Below are positions 7,127 to 12,630 of a stretch of DNA of 36,913 bases, one piece after another; position 1 is the first letter of the stretch; each line of letters starts with the position of its first letter. Both the position numbers and the translations under genes were made by a program. Below the pieces are notes generated by a model. That model did not search any database. It saw only the letters and a program-made list of their open reading frames with translations, and was not told the origin of the DNA. The stretch is from positions 1 through 36,913 of IMG/VR virus record IMGVR_UViG_3300047163_000044, one strand, 5' to 3'. The stretch comes from a virus.

Positions 7127-7288
7127 TTATTCTGTTGCATTGCTTTCATCCTTCCGTCCAATCATACGAACGGCCTGCGCTGCGGCCTTCTCTCCTGCAT
7201 ATTCACTGGCAAAGTAGGTCAGTGTGCCTATGCAGATGAATGCGGCTATATAAAGGCGAGATACGCGGATTTCCTTGTTATTTATCAT
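7127..7288 (-). CDS. Small membrane protein (53 aa), below the ORF-track cutoff
   Basis: Hand translation gives MINNKEIRVSRLYIAAFICIGTLTYFASEYAGEKAAAQAVRMIGRKDESNATE. A strong SD gggagga lies upstream. The opposite-strand track ORF 7106..7324 is judged spurious. Confidence 0.5.
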   Translation of the reverse strand: MINNKEIRVSRLYIAAFICIGTLTYFASEYAGEKAAAQAVRMIGRKDESNATE

Positions 7289-7496
7289 GCAATCCTCCCA
7301 ATATTTTCGTTAGTGGATTCGTAGTTATCAAAGAAATTTTCTTATCAATATACTCCACAAATTCACTGGCTTCGTCTTTTATCAATGACGGCATTGTTGA
7401 TGGGTAGTTTGGCAATGCATTAGAAAACTCATGATGAACATAAGCCGCAATTGCATCTATTGCATTTTGGCGTAAGTCTTTGTTGTTATTAAGCAT
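7278..7496 (-). CDS. Hypothetical protein (72 aa), paralogue of 10521..10718
   Basis: The start is taken at ATG 7496 (ATGCTTAA overlap with the upstream stop). DLRQNAIDAIAAYVHHEF...MPSLIKDEASEFV aligns with DLRNAAVQAIAAYMQHRF...MTPFLKDQASALM of the other gene. Confidence 0.55.
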   Translation of the reverse strand: MLNNNKDLRQNAIDAIAAYVHHEFSNALPNYPSTMPSLIKDEASEFVEYIDKKISLITTNPLTKILGGLHDK

Positions 7497-7872
7497 CTTT
7501 TGCCTCCTTTTTTGCGTTATCGGGTACTTCTGGCCTTTCATATGTAATTTTCGTATCAGTATACTTTGCGAGAGCAACCGCAGCTAATTTCTGGTATTCG
7601 ACAACCGTCTCAAGGTGTGTCCACTCTTTCTGGCGGCTCTTCATGACGCTGCCTTCGGCTATTCTCGCCAGCGCCACCGCCAAACCAGATATGCTTAAAT
7701 TAAGGCGTGCAATCTCCGTCACAGCCCACGATATGCTCCACGCAAGCGATTTCGTTTCTGATTTCGTGGTTTCATTTTCGAAGGAATCCGCAAGCTCGTT
7801 CATCACAATGCAGGCTTTTTTAAGCGCCAGCAGACGGTATTTTGTTTCGAAATCTTCATTTTCTATGCTCAT
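7489..7872 (-). CDS. Hypothetical protein (127 aa)
   Basis: The ORF is in the operon orientation, and its ATG overlaps the stop of the upstream gene. It is helical and charged, with no family recognised. Confidence 0.6.
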   Translation of the reverse strand: MSIENEDFETKYRLLALKKACIVMNELADSFENETTKSETKSLAWSISWAVTEIARLNLSISGLAVALARIAEGSVMKSRQKEWTHLETVVEYQKLAAVALAKYTDTKITYERPEVPDNAKKEAKDA

Positions 7873-8057
7873 GCGCCTAACTCCATTTCCACAAAAAGCT
7901 TAAGTAGATTAAAATAAGCCCACCCGTCACTATGCATAAGATGTTGAATGCTCGGTCTAGGTATTTGTCTCTCATGGCGTAACTCCTTCAGGTTGTCGTT
8001 ATAGCGATATATGGGGATAGGGCGAGCGTGCTTGATTATTAGCTCGTGGTTATTCAT
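7869..8057 (-). CDS. Hypothetical protein (62 aa)
   Basis: The ORF is in the operon orientation, and its start overlaps the upstream gene (ATGAATAA). Confidence 0.5.
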   Translation of the reverse strand: MNNHELIIKHARPIPIYRYNDNLKELRHERQIPRPSIQHLMHSDGWAYFNLLKLFVEMELGA

Positions 8058-8187
8058 GATTTATCTCCGATGTGAGAATAGGGCCGCTGGTATACTTCCG
8101 GCACCGTGTTGCTTGCGCATCAAACCAATCCTCGAACGCCTTGCGGCAGGCGTCCAAATCAGGCGTAAGATTTGGTTTCGTGGTCAT
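8050..8187 (-). CDS. Hypothetical small protein (45 aa), below the ORF-track cutoff
   Basis: Hand translation gives MTTKPNLTPDLDACRKAFEDWFDAQATRCRKYTSGPILTSEINHE. It makes an ATGA overlap with the stop of 8184..8537. Confidence 0.45.
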   Translation of the reverse strand: MTTKPNLTPDLDACRKAFEDWFDAQATRCRKYTSGPILTSEINHE

Positions 8188-8537
8188 ACCGCACTCTTTC
8201 TTATTGCTTGTAATTCTTTTTCTAACTCACGAATTCGATCGTAACAATCACATACGGCTTGCAAAGCCTCCCTAAGCTTTTCGTTCTGCGCGGTGAGGCG
8301 GACACAATCTTCTACGTTAGCCTCAAGAAAGGTAAGCATCGTTTCATATTCCTGCGTTATCGCATGGTTTGCATGAGCCAGTACTTTAGACGTTATTTTA
8401 TTTGCCCGTGTTTCAACGCTTTCTGCTATCTCGTATGGAATACGGAGCGAATCATACACATCAGCGTATATATCTCGGCGTAGCTGGCTGTTTTGCTGCG
8501 CGTTATCCAATGTAGGATCGGAATGTGCTTTGCTCAT
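8184..8537 (-). CDS. Hypothetical coiled-coil protein (117 aa)
   Basis: The ORF is in the operon orientation with an ATGA overlap to the upstream gene. The C-terminal half is heptad-like and charged (NEKLREALQAVCDCYDRIRELEKELQAIRK). Confidence 0.6.
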   Translation of the reverse strand: MSKAHSDPTLDNAQQNSQLRRDIYADVYDSLRIPYEIAESVETRANKITSKVLAHANHAITQEYETMLTFLEANVEDCVRLTAQNEKLREALQAVCDCYDRIRELEKELQAIRKSAV

Positions 8538-8740
8538 AATTCTAAGGCCCTTTCCAGCTTATCCTCTAAAGTTTTTGTAGAAAAATCATCCCAACAATCC
8601 GGGCAGAATCCGTAATAATTTAAGTCACAGACGTCGTATTTTTCCTCACAGTCCACACACCGTTTGCAGGTACATAAGCTTCCGCCATTACCGCAGCAAT
8701 CGCAGGAGCTACCCATTTCCTCATGAGAGATATCAGTCAT
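8534..8740 (-). CDS. Cys-rich small protein (68 aa), probably zinc-binding
   Basis: SD gagga is present. There are 12 Cys residues in about 40 residues: CDCCGNGGSLCTCKRCVDCEEKYDVCDLNYYGFCPDC. Confidence 0.6.
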   Translation of the reverse strand: MTDISHEEMGSSCDCCGNGGSLCTCKRCVDCEEKYDVCDLNYYGFCPDCWDDFSTKTLEDKLERALEL

Positions 8741-8747
8741 AGTTCCT

Positions 8748-8924
8748 CTACTTTCTCTCTCTTATCGCCGCTTTACGCCATTCAAGCACGGCTTTTACCT
8801 TTCGCATTTCAGCGGCGGAAATTTCACCGGCAGCAAGCCGTATTTCGTCACTTGTTACGCCAAGCATTGCGCTGGCAGCTTTAAGGCCAGTCTTAAAGCC
8901 CTTATTGTAATCGATCCTGTTCAT
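8748..8924 (-). CDS. Hypothetical small protein (58 aa), below the ORF-track cutoff
   Basis: Hand translation gives MNRIDYNKGFKTGLKAASAMLGVTSDEIRLAAGEISAAEMRKVKAVLEWRKAAIRERK. It makes an ATGA overlap with the upstream stop. Confidence 0.5.
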   Translation of the reverse strand: MNRIDYNKGFKTGLKAASAMLGVTSDEIRLAAGEISAAEMRKVKAVLEWRKAAIRERK

Positions 8925-9085
8925 ACCGCATCTCCTCCAAACATTTCATCAAAGGGTTTGGCACCGGCAATTTTCCATAAGCGGGAAAACTCTCGCTCCA
9001 CACGTTGCATCTGTGTTTCATCAAGCTGTTTATAAAGCCTGTCTAGATTCGACTGGCGGGTGGGTAATTGTAGGATTTGAGCCAT
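8921..9085 (-). CDS. Hypothetical small protein (54 aa), below the ORF-track cutoff
   Basis: Checked codon by codon: MAQILQLPTRQSNLDRLYKQLDETQMQRVEREFSRLWKIAGAKPFDEMFGGDAV, stop TGA at 8921-8923. Confidence 0.5.
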   Translation of the reverse strand: MAQILQLPTRQSNLDRLYKQLDETQMQRVEREFSRLWKIAGAKPFDEMFGGDAV

Positions 9086-9086
9086 G

Positions 9087-9311
9087 TTATTTTTCCTCTG
9101 CTTTGTCTATGGCGATGTGAGCGGCGCGAATAGCCTCATCGTCTCCCCTGATTTTACGATTGCCGTCTGCGATGCACGATTTAAATCTCCAAAGAACCTC
9201 CTTCAAAGCTTCAAGCAAAAGTATCTCAGCCCCTCGCTCGTCGGAGATCTCAATTCCGATTGTCAACAGTGTGGCGGGGTTGCTCGGGACTCGTGTTTGT
9301 TTCTGTGGCAT
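9087..9311 (-). CDS. Hypothetical protein (74 aa)
   Basis: SD aaggaaaaaa precedes the ATG at 9311. It is the second gene of the leftward operon. Confidence 0.6.
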   Translation of the reverse strand: MPQKQTRVPSNPATLLTIGIEISDERGAEILLLEALKEVLWRFKSCIADGNRKIRGDDEAIRAAHIAIDKAEEK

Positions 9312-9321
9312 GATTTTTTCC

Positions 9322-9465
9322 TTATCCTAATGCTTCGAGTAATTCGTCATCGCTCATTTTATCAAACTCAGCTTCCTCTTCGGGAGTGAGTGGCGACACA
9401 ATTTGAATGAGGCGGCAATATTGTTCGCTCGTCATCTCATTCACTATTTGCTCAATTGTTTTCAT
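9322..9465 (-). CDS. First gene of the long leftward operon. Acidic small protein (47 aa), below the ORF-track cutoff.
   Basis: Checked codon by codon: MKTIEQIVNEMTSEQYCRLIQIVSPLTPEEEAEFDKMSDDELLEALG. SD ggagat lies upstream of the ATG at 9465. Confidence 0.5.
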   Translation of the reverse strand: MKTIEQIVNEMTSEQYCRLIQIVSPLTPEEEAEFDKMSDDELLEALG

Positions 9466-9499
9466 AATTTATCTCCATACCGACTGTTAACCTTCCCCC

Positions 9500-9527
9500 A
9501 TCTTAGCAATTATTTTGCTTATTGCAA
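9500..9527 (-). promoter_or_regulatory. Candidate leftward early promoter (-35 TTGCAA, 16-nt spacer, -10 TAAGAT)
   Basis: The reverse complement of 9500-9527 reads TTGCAAtaagcaaaataattgcTAAGAT. It lies about 35 nt upstream of the first leftward gene. Confidence 0.45.
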
Positions 9528-9543
9528 GCATTATTTTAGCTTG
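9505..9543. promoter_or_regulatory. Two operator-like inverted repeats in divergent control region 1
   Basis: AGCAAttattTTGCT (9505-9519) and CAAGCattattttaGCTTG (9525-9543). The two share the core GCA(A)TTATTTT(A)GCT and overlap both candidate promoters. Confidence 0.55.
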
Positions 9544-9569
9544 ATTGAATAAAAATATTTCGTTATTAT
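9541..9569 (+). promoter_or_regulatory. Candidate rightward promoter (-35 TTGATT, 17-nt spacer, -10 TATTAT)
   Basis: TTGATTgaataaaaatatttcgtTATTAT lies about 30 nt upstream of the ATG at 9600. Confidence 0.45.
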
Positions 9570-9599
9570 CTGGGGGTGTAACCATAAAAAGAGAGTAGA

Positions 9600-9845
9600 A
9601 TGCTTTTAAAAGATTTTAGAAAACACAACAGGTTAAGTCAAGTCGAGATGTGCTTCGAGCTTTCTGCTTTTATTAAAAAAACGCTAGGAATGGAAAAAAA
9701 GCTAGCGCAACGGACACTTGCCTATTGGGAGCTCGGCGTTATGCCGAGAAGATTCTGGCGCGATGTGATTGAAAAATACTCCGACGGCCAAGTCACCGCA
9801 GATGATTTCGCTCATACGCCCGCGCCAAAGCAGGCGGGGGCTTAG
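9600..9845 (+). CDS. Cro/YdaS-like helix-turn-helix regulator (81 aa)
   Basis: RLSQVEMCFELS...AQRTLAYWELGVMP...IEKYSDGQVTADDF fits the small Cro-like HTH pattern. It shares the C-terminal G/S-Q-V-x-A-x-DF motif with 12246..12428. Confidence 0.7.
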   Translation: MLLKDFRKHNRLSQVEMCFELSAFIKKTLGMEKKLAQRTLAYWELGVMPRRFWRDVIEKYSDGQVTADDFAHTPAPKQAGA

Positions 9846-10177
9846 TGGCAATCAAGCATAGCCAGCTTATACGTGACGCCATTGAATATTTGTCCTTAAA
9901 CGGCTATTTCGTCTGGGAAAATAAAACAGGCGGCACGCCCACCGACCGCGGCGGCTTTGTTACCTACGGCAAGCCTGGCAGTGCTGACATCATAGGGATC
10001 ATGAGCGACGGGTCGGGGCGGCACCTGGAAATGGAAGCGAAAATCCCGCCCGACACCCAAAGTAAAAAACAAAAAGTTCATCAGATGATGATCGAGCGCC
10101 ATGGCGGGGTATATATCGTTTTCAGGACTATTGAGGAACTGGCTGTTGCATTGCAGAGGCATAGGCGCTCGCCATAG
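9845..10177 (+). CDS. VRR-NUC domain nuclease (110 aa, PD-(D/E)XK fold)
   Basis: The GTG start overlaps the HTH stop (TAGTG). GKPGSADIIGIMSDGSGRHLEMEAKIPPDTQSKKQKVHQMMIERHGGVYIVFRTIEEL matches the VRR-NUC pattern G.pD...(x)n..E.K....S..Q......G. Confidence 0.8.
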   Translation: MAIKHSQLIRDAIEYLSLNGYFVWENKTGGTPTDRGGFVTYGKPGSADIIGIMSDGSGRHLEMEAKIPPDTQSKKQKVHQMMIERHGGVYIVFRTIEELAVALQRHRRSP

Positions 10178-10183
10178 CATATA

Positions 10184-10369
10184 CTATACCCTCTCCCGCT
10201 CCTCATAAAGTTTATATGCTTTCCGTCGCACCGCTTCGCTGCCCTGCGCGCCACATGTGGCATAGGCGTATATGGCACATAAGTGAAACTGATCGCGCCA
10301 GAATGGAGTGTCAAAATATTCCCTTAATCGATCCTCTTCAGAACGGAGGACTGGTTTTGTCGAATTCAT
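10184..10369 (-). CDS. Hypothetical protein (61 aa), last gene of the short leftward operon
   Basis: The start is taken at ATG 10369 (MNSTKPVL...), downstream of aaggaagga. The track ORF extends to 10414 but would overlap the upstream gene. Its stop lies only 6 nt from the convergent VRR-NUC stop. Confidence 0.5.
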   Translation of the reverse strand: MNSTKPVLRSEEDRLREYFDTPFWRDQFHLCAIYAYATCGAQGSEAVRRKAYKLYEERERV

Positions 10370-10386
10370 AGGCCGGACATCCTTCC

Positions 10387-10524
10387 TTAACAACATTGGG
10401 CGGCGGGACGGCATCGAATTTCTTGCAGCGCGGTAATACGGGCATCACGCATAATCTGCGGAACGTCCTTAGACTCGTCGCACTTTTGCTGGTAGTCGCT
10501 GAATGTGAGAATTTGTGCGCTCAT
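10387..10524 (-). CDS. Hypothetical small protein (45 aa), below the ORF-track cutoff
   Basis: Hand translation gives MSAQILTFSDYQQKCDESKDVPQIMRDARITALQEIRCRPAAQCC. It makes an ATGA overlap with the stop of 10521..10718. Confidence 0.45.
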   Translation of the reverse strand: MSAQILTFSDYQQKCDESKDVPQIMRDARITALQEIRCRPAAQCC

Positions 10525-10718
10525 ATGAGTCCTTTCTCTTTTCCTATATCAATGGTTGCAATAATCGCCCTATCACAACCATCCATTAAAGCAGAGGCTT
10601 GGTCTTTTAAAAACGGGGTCATGCCCTTCATAATTCCCGGCGCATCATCATAAAAGCGATGTTGCATGTACGCGGCTATCGCTTGCACCGCTGCATTGCG
10701 TAAATCTTCATGTGCCAT
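10521..10718 (-). CDS. Hypothetical protein (65 aa), paralogue of 7278..7496
   Basis: MAHEDLRNAAVQAIAAYMQHRF...MTPFLKDQASALM aligns with the 72-aa protein of the other leftward operon. It makes a TAATG overlap with the upstream gene. Confidence 0.6.
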   Translation of the reverse strand: MAHEDLRNAAVQAIAAYMQHRFYDDAPGIMKGMTPFLKDQASALMDGCDRAIIATIDIGKEKGLI

Positions 10719-10852
10719 TATTCATCCTCCCCATAGAGTTCATAGTGTTCGCGGGCGTCATCTTCCCGTTGTTGGTCACGGCGCTCACGCTTTTCCTCCG
10801 GCGTCACTTTCGACACGAAGGGCGTTATCGGGACTGTTTCGTGGTTGCTCAT
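10718..10852 (-). CDS. Highly charged, acidic small protein (44 aa), below the ORF-track cutoff
   Basis: Hand translation gives MSNHETVPITPFVSKVTPEEKRERRDQQREDDAREHYELYGEDE. It makes an ATGA overlap with the stop of the 317-aa repeat protein. Confidence 0.45.
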   Translation of the reverse strand: MSNHETVPITPFVSKVTPEEKRERRDQQREDDAREHYELYGEDE

Positions 10853-11802
10853 GCCGCCTCCTCAATAAGCTGAATGAGTTTGTCCGCCATTTTGATATAC
10901 GCCGCACTCTCCGCCGCACTCACCGCCGCACTCTCCGCACTCCACGCCGCACTCTCCGCCGCACTCCTCGCCGCCCTCGCCGCACTCCACGCCGCACTCC
11001 TCGCCGCACTCCACGCCGCACTCTCCGCCGCACTCGCCGCACTCCTCGCCGCACTCCTCGCCGCACTCTCCGCCGCACTCGCCGCCGCACTCCACGCCGC
11101 ACTCTCCGCCGCACTCCTCGCCGCCCTCGCCGCACTCCTCTCCGCCGCACTCACCGCCGCACTCCACGCCGCACTCCTCGCCGCACTCCACGCCGCACTC
11201 TCCGCCGCACTCGCCGCCGCCCTCGCCGCACTCCTCGCCGCACTCTCCGCCGCCCTCGCCGCCGCACTCCTCGCCGCATTCCACGCCGCACTCCACGCCG
11301 CACTCGCCGCACTCCTCGCCGCATCTAAATTTTTTTCATTTTTTGGCTCGCCTTTCGTAAGCGGGCAAATTGCTTCAGCGCATTGCTTTATGGCTTTGCG
11401 GCACCGGATGATTACCTCTTGCACTTCCGGGGAGTCTGAATCTTTCAAAATAAGATTCTCCGTCAGATTCCAGTAAATGAATTTGTACCCCACAAGGGAC
11501 AGATCGGAACCCGGTTTTATTGCCCTTAGGAAGCGCTCCGGCCACTTAACGGAGCCCTTTTTAGGGAGTCCCTCAAAGATAGTATCTTCAAGATGTGCCA
11601 GCATTTCAGGGATGCCGAATTGCGTCTCATATTCTTTGTGGTTGGAACCCTTAATAAGACAACCCACCGCGCAGCCCTTGCCATCACTCCAGTAGCCATA
11701 CCCTTGCAAAAGGTTGTCAGCTTTGCGGTGTTTCGCCATCTCATTAATGACGGCCTTTTTGATTTTTGGGTCGTTGTGGTAAGCGCGCAATGTATTCGTC
11801 AT
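10849..11802 (-). CDS. Protein of unknown function (317 aa). A globular N-terminal domain of about 160 aa is followed by about 140 aa of (S-A-A-X)n tetrapeptide repeats and a short C-terminal helix.
   Basis: SD ggagaa precedes the ATG at 11802. The non-repetitive N-terminus (..YHNDPKIKKAVINEMAKHRKADNLLQGYGYWSDGKGCAVGCLIKG..FGIPEMLAHLEDTIFEGLP..WPERFLRAI) fixes the strand and frame. The repeat reads SAAWSAARSAAESAA... with X = W/R/E/V/A/N, and the tail is YIKMADKLIQLIEEAA. Confidence 0.8.
   Translation of the reverse strand: MTNTLRAYHNDPKIKKAVINEMAKHRKADNLLQGYGYWSDGKGCAVGCLIKGSNHKEYETQFGIPEMLAHLEDTIFEGLPKKGSVKWPERFLRAIKPGSDLSLVGYKFIYWNLTENLILKDSDSPEVQEVIIRCRKAIKQCAEAICPLTKGEPKNEKNLDAARSAASAAWSAAWNAARSAAARAAESAARSAARAAASAAESAAWSAARSAAWSAAVSAAERSAARAARSAAESAAWSAAASAAESAARSAARSAASAAESAAWSAARSAAWSAARAARSAAESAAWSAESAAVSAAESAAYIKMADKLIQLIEEAA
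10901..11323. repeat. Tandem array with a 12-nt period (GCCGCACTCNNC on the + strand, with some 9-nt units), about 423 bp
   Basis: The core gccgcact recurs almost without change about 30 times. The region is open in five of six frames, which gives track ORFs 10666..11328, 10862..11296, 10874..11476 and 10920..11150 in addition to the real gene. Confidence 0.95.
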
Positions 11803-11828
11803 ATCAATTCTCCGTAGGGTTATTGGTG

Positions 11829-12116
11829 TTAATCCTTGATGACACCTTCGCCAGTGAAGGCAATGAGGCGAAAATCACCGAAATCAATCTCATAAATATC
11901 GCCGCGACGAAGACCCTTGCGAATCTGAAAATCAGCACGCCGAAAAAGCCTCAATCCATTGTGCGATTCTACTTCTTCGCCGCCGAAAATTCCGCGCGGC
12001 TCATGCATCTTAATGATGTCACTTTCTGAAAAAGGACAGTCGCATTCAATGTCACAGTTCCATGCTGCCGCGAGTTGCATAAATTTTTGTTCGGCGGTTT
12101 GTTGTGCGGTGTCCAT
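11829..12116 (-). CDS. Hypothetical protein (95 aa), first gene of the short leftward operon
   Basis: A strong SD aggagg lies 7 nt upstream of the ATG at 12116. No HTH or other motif was recognised. Confidence 0.7.
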   Translation of the reverse strand: MDTAQQTAEQKFMQLAAAWNCDIECDCPFSESDIIKMHEPRGIFGGEEVESHNGLRLFRRADFQIRKGLRRGDIYEIDFGDFRLIAFTGEGVIKD

Positions 12117-12147
12117 AAAATCGACCTCCTAGTTGTTTACTTCCCTC

Positions 12148-12175
12148 ATTATGCATAACGCAAACGCATTTGCAA
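12148..12175 (-). promoter_or_regulatory. Candidate leftward promoter (-35 TTGCAA, 16-nt spacer, -10 CATAAT)
   Basis: The reverse complement of 12148-12175 reads TTGCAAatgcgtttgcgttatgCATAAT. It lies about 20 nt upstream of the aggagg SD of 11829..12116. Confidence 0.45.
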
Positions 12176-12210
12176 ATAAAAAAATGATGCGAAATGCAAA
12201 ATAATTTTGC
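12168..12210. promoter_or_regulatory. Operator-like perfect palindromes in divergent control region 2
   Basis: ATTTGCAAAT (12168-12177, perfect 10-mer) and GCAAAATaATTTTGC (12196-12210, perfect 15-mer). A further TTGCAA lies at 12221-12226. The GCAA/TTGC half-sites match those of control region 1. Confidence 0.55.
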
Positions 12211-12237
12211 TTGCAGGATTTTGCAATATAATATAAT
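12211..12237 (+). promoter_or_regulatory. Candidate rightward promoter (TTGCAG, 15-nt spacer, TATAAT; overlapping TATAAT boxes at 12227 and 12232)
   Basis: ttgcaggattttgcaatataatataat ends 9 nt before the ATG at 12246, which leaves little or no leader. Confidence 0.4.
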
Positions 12238-12245
12238 AGTGAGAT

Positions 12246-12428
12246 ATGAAACTGAAAGAATATCTCGACAAACACGATTTGAGTTTAAGGCAATTCTCCG
12301 AAAAAACGGGGATTCCTTACCACACGCTTTATTGCTATTTGAATGGGGAGAGAATACCCCGCAAAAAGCAAATGGCATTGATAATTTGGCACACTAAAAG
12401 CCAAGTGAAGGCCGGAGACTTTTTTTAG
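12246..12428 (+). CDS. Cro-like helix-turn-helix regulator (60 aa)
   Basis: LSLRQFSEKTGIPYHTLYCYLNGERIP...SQVKAGDFF has the same architecture and C-terminal motif as 9600..9845. It is the first gene of the long rightward transcription unit. Confidence 0.7.
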   Translation: MKLKEYLDKHDLSLRQFSEKTGIPYHTLYCYLNGERIPRKKQMALIIWHTKSQVKAGDFF

Positions 12429-12447
12429 ACGACGGGGGAGAGCAAAC

Positions 12448-12630
12448 GTGCAGGGAGAGCCAGTAACATTATTAGACCTAGTCCCGTCGCGTCATCGTAC
12501 AAATGCGTTGCGCGTTATCAATCCGAAATGCTGGATATGCCTAGCTGATGCGACCCACTGGCTATATGGGGCTGTATGCGAGACGCACCGCGACCCTATG
12601 AAGGTTAAGGAGGCATTGCATAGCGCATGA
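12448..12630 (+). CDS. Hypothetical small protein (60 aa), possible zinc finger
   Basis: A GTG start is preceded by gggggagag. It contains CWIC...C..H. Confidence 0.5.
   Translation: MQGEPVTLLDLVPSRHRTNALRVINPKCWICLADATHWLYGAVCETHRDPMKVKEALHSA

Noticed and set aside
10901-11323. A possible CRISPR array or a DGR variable region.
   Set aside because: The period is 12 nt with no spacers. No cas genes, reverse transcriptase or template repeat occur anywhere in the genome.
10666-11476. Alternative long ORFs across the tandem repeat: the Arg/Thr/Pro-rich ORF 10666..11328 (+), the Ala/Leu-rich ORF 10874..11476 (+), the Cys/Gly/Glu-rich ORF 10862..11296 (-) and the Arg-rich ORF 10920..11150 (-).
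   Set aside because: They exist only because the 12-nt unit lacks stop triplets. None has a convincing SD/start or a non-repetitive domain. The SAAX frame continues into a normal N-terminal domain with an SD and matches the operon orientation.
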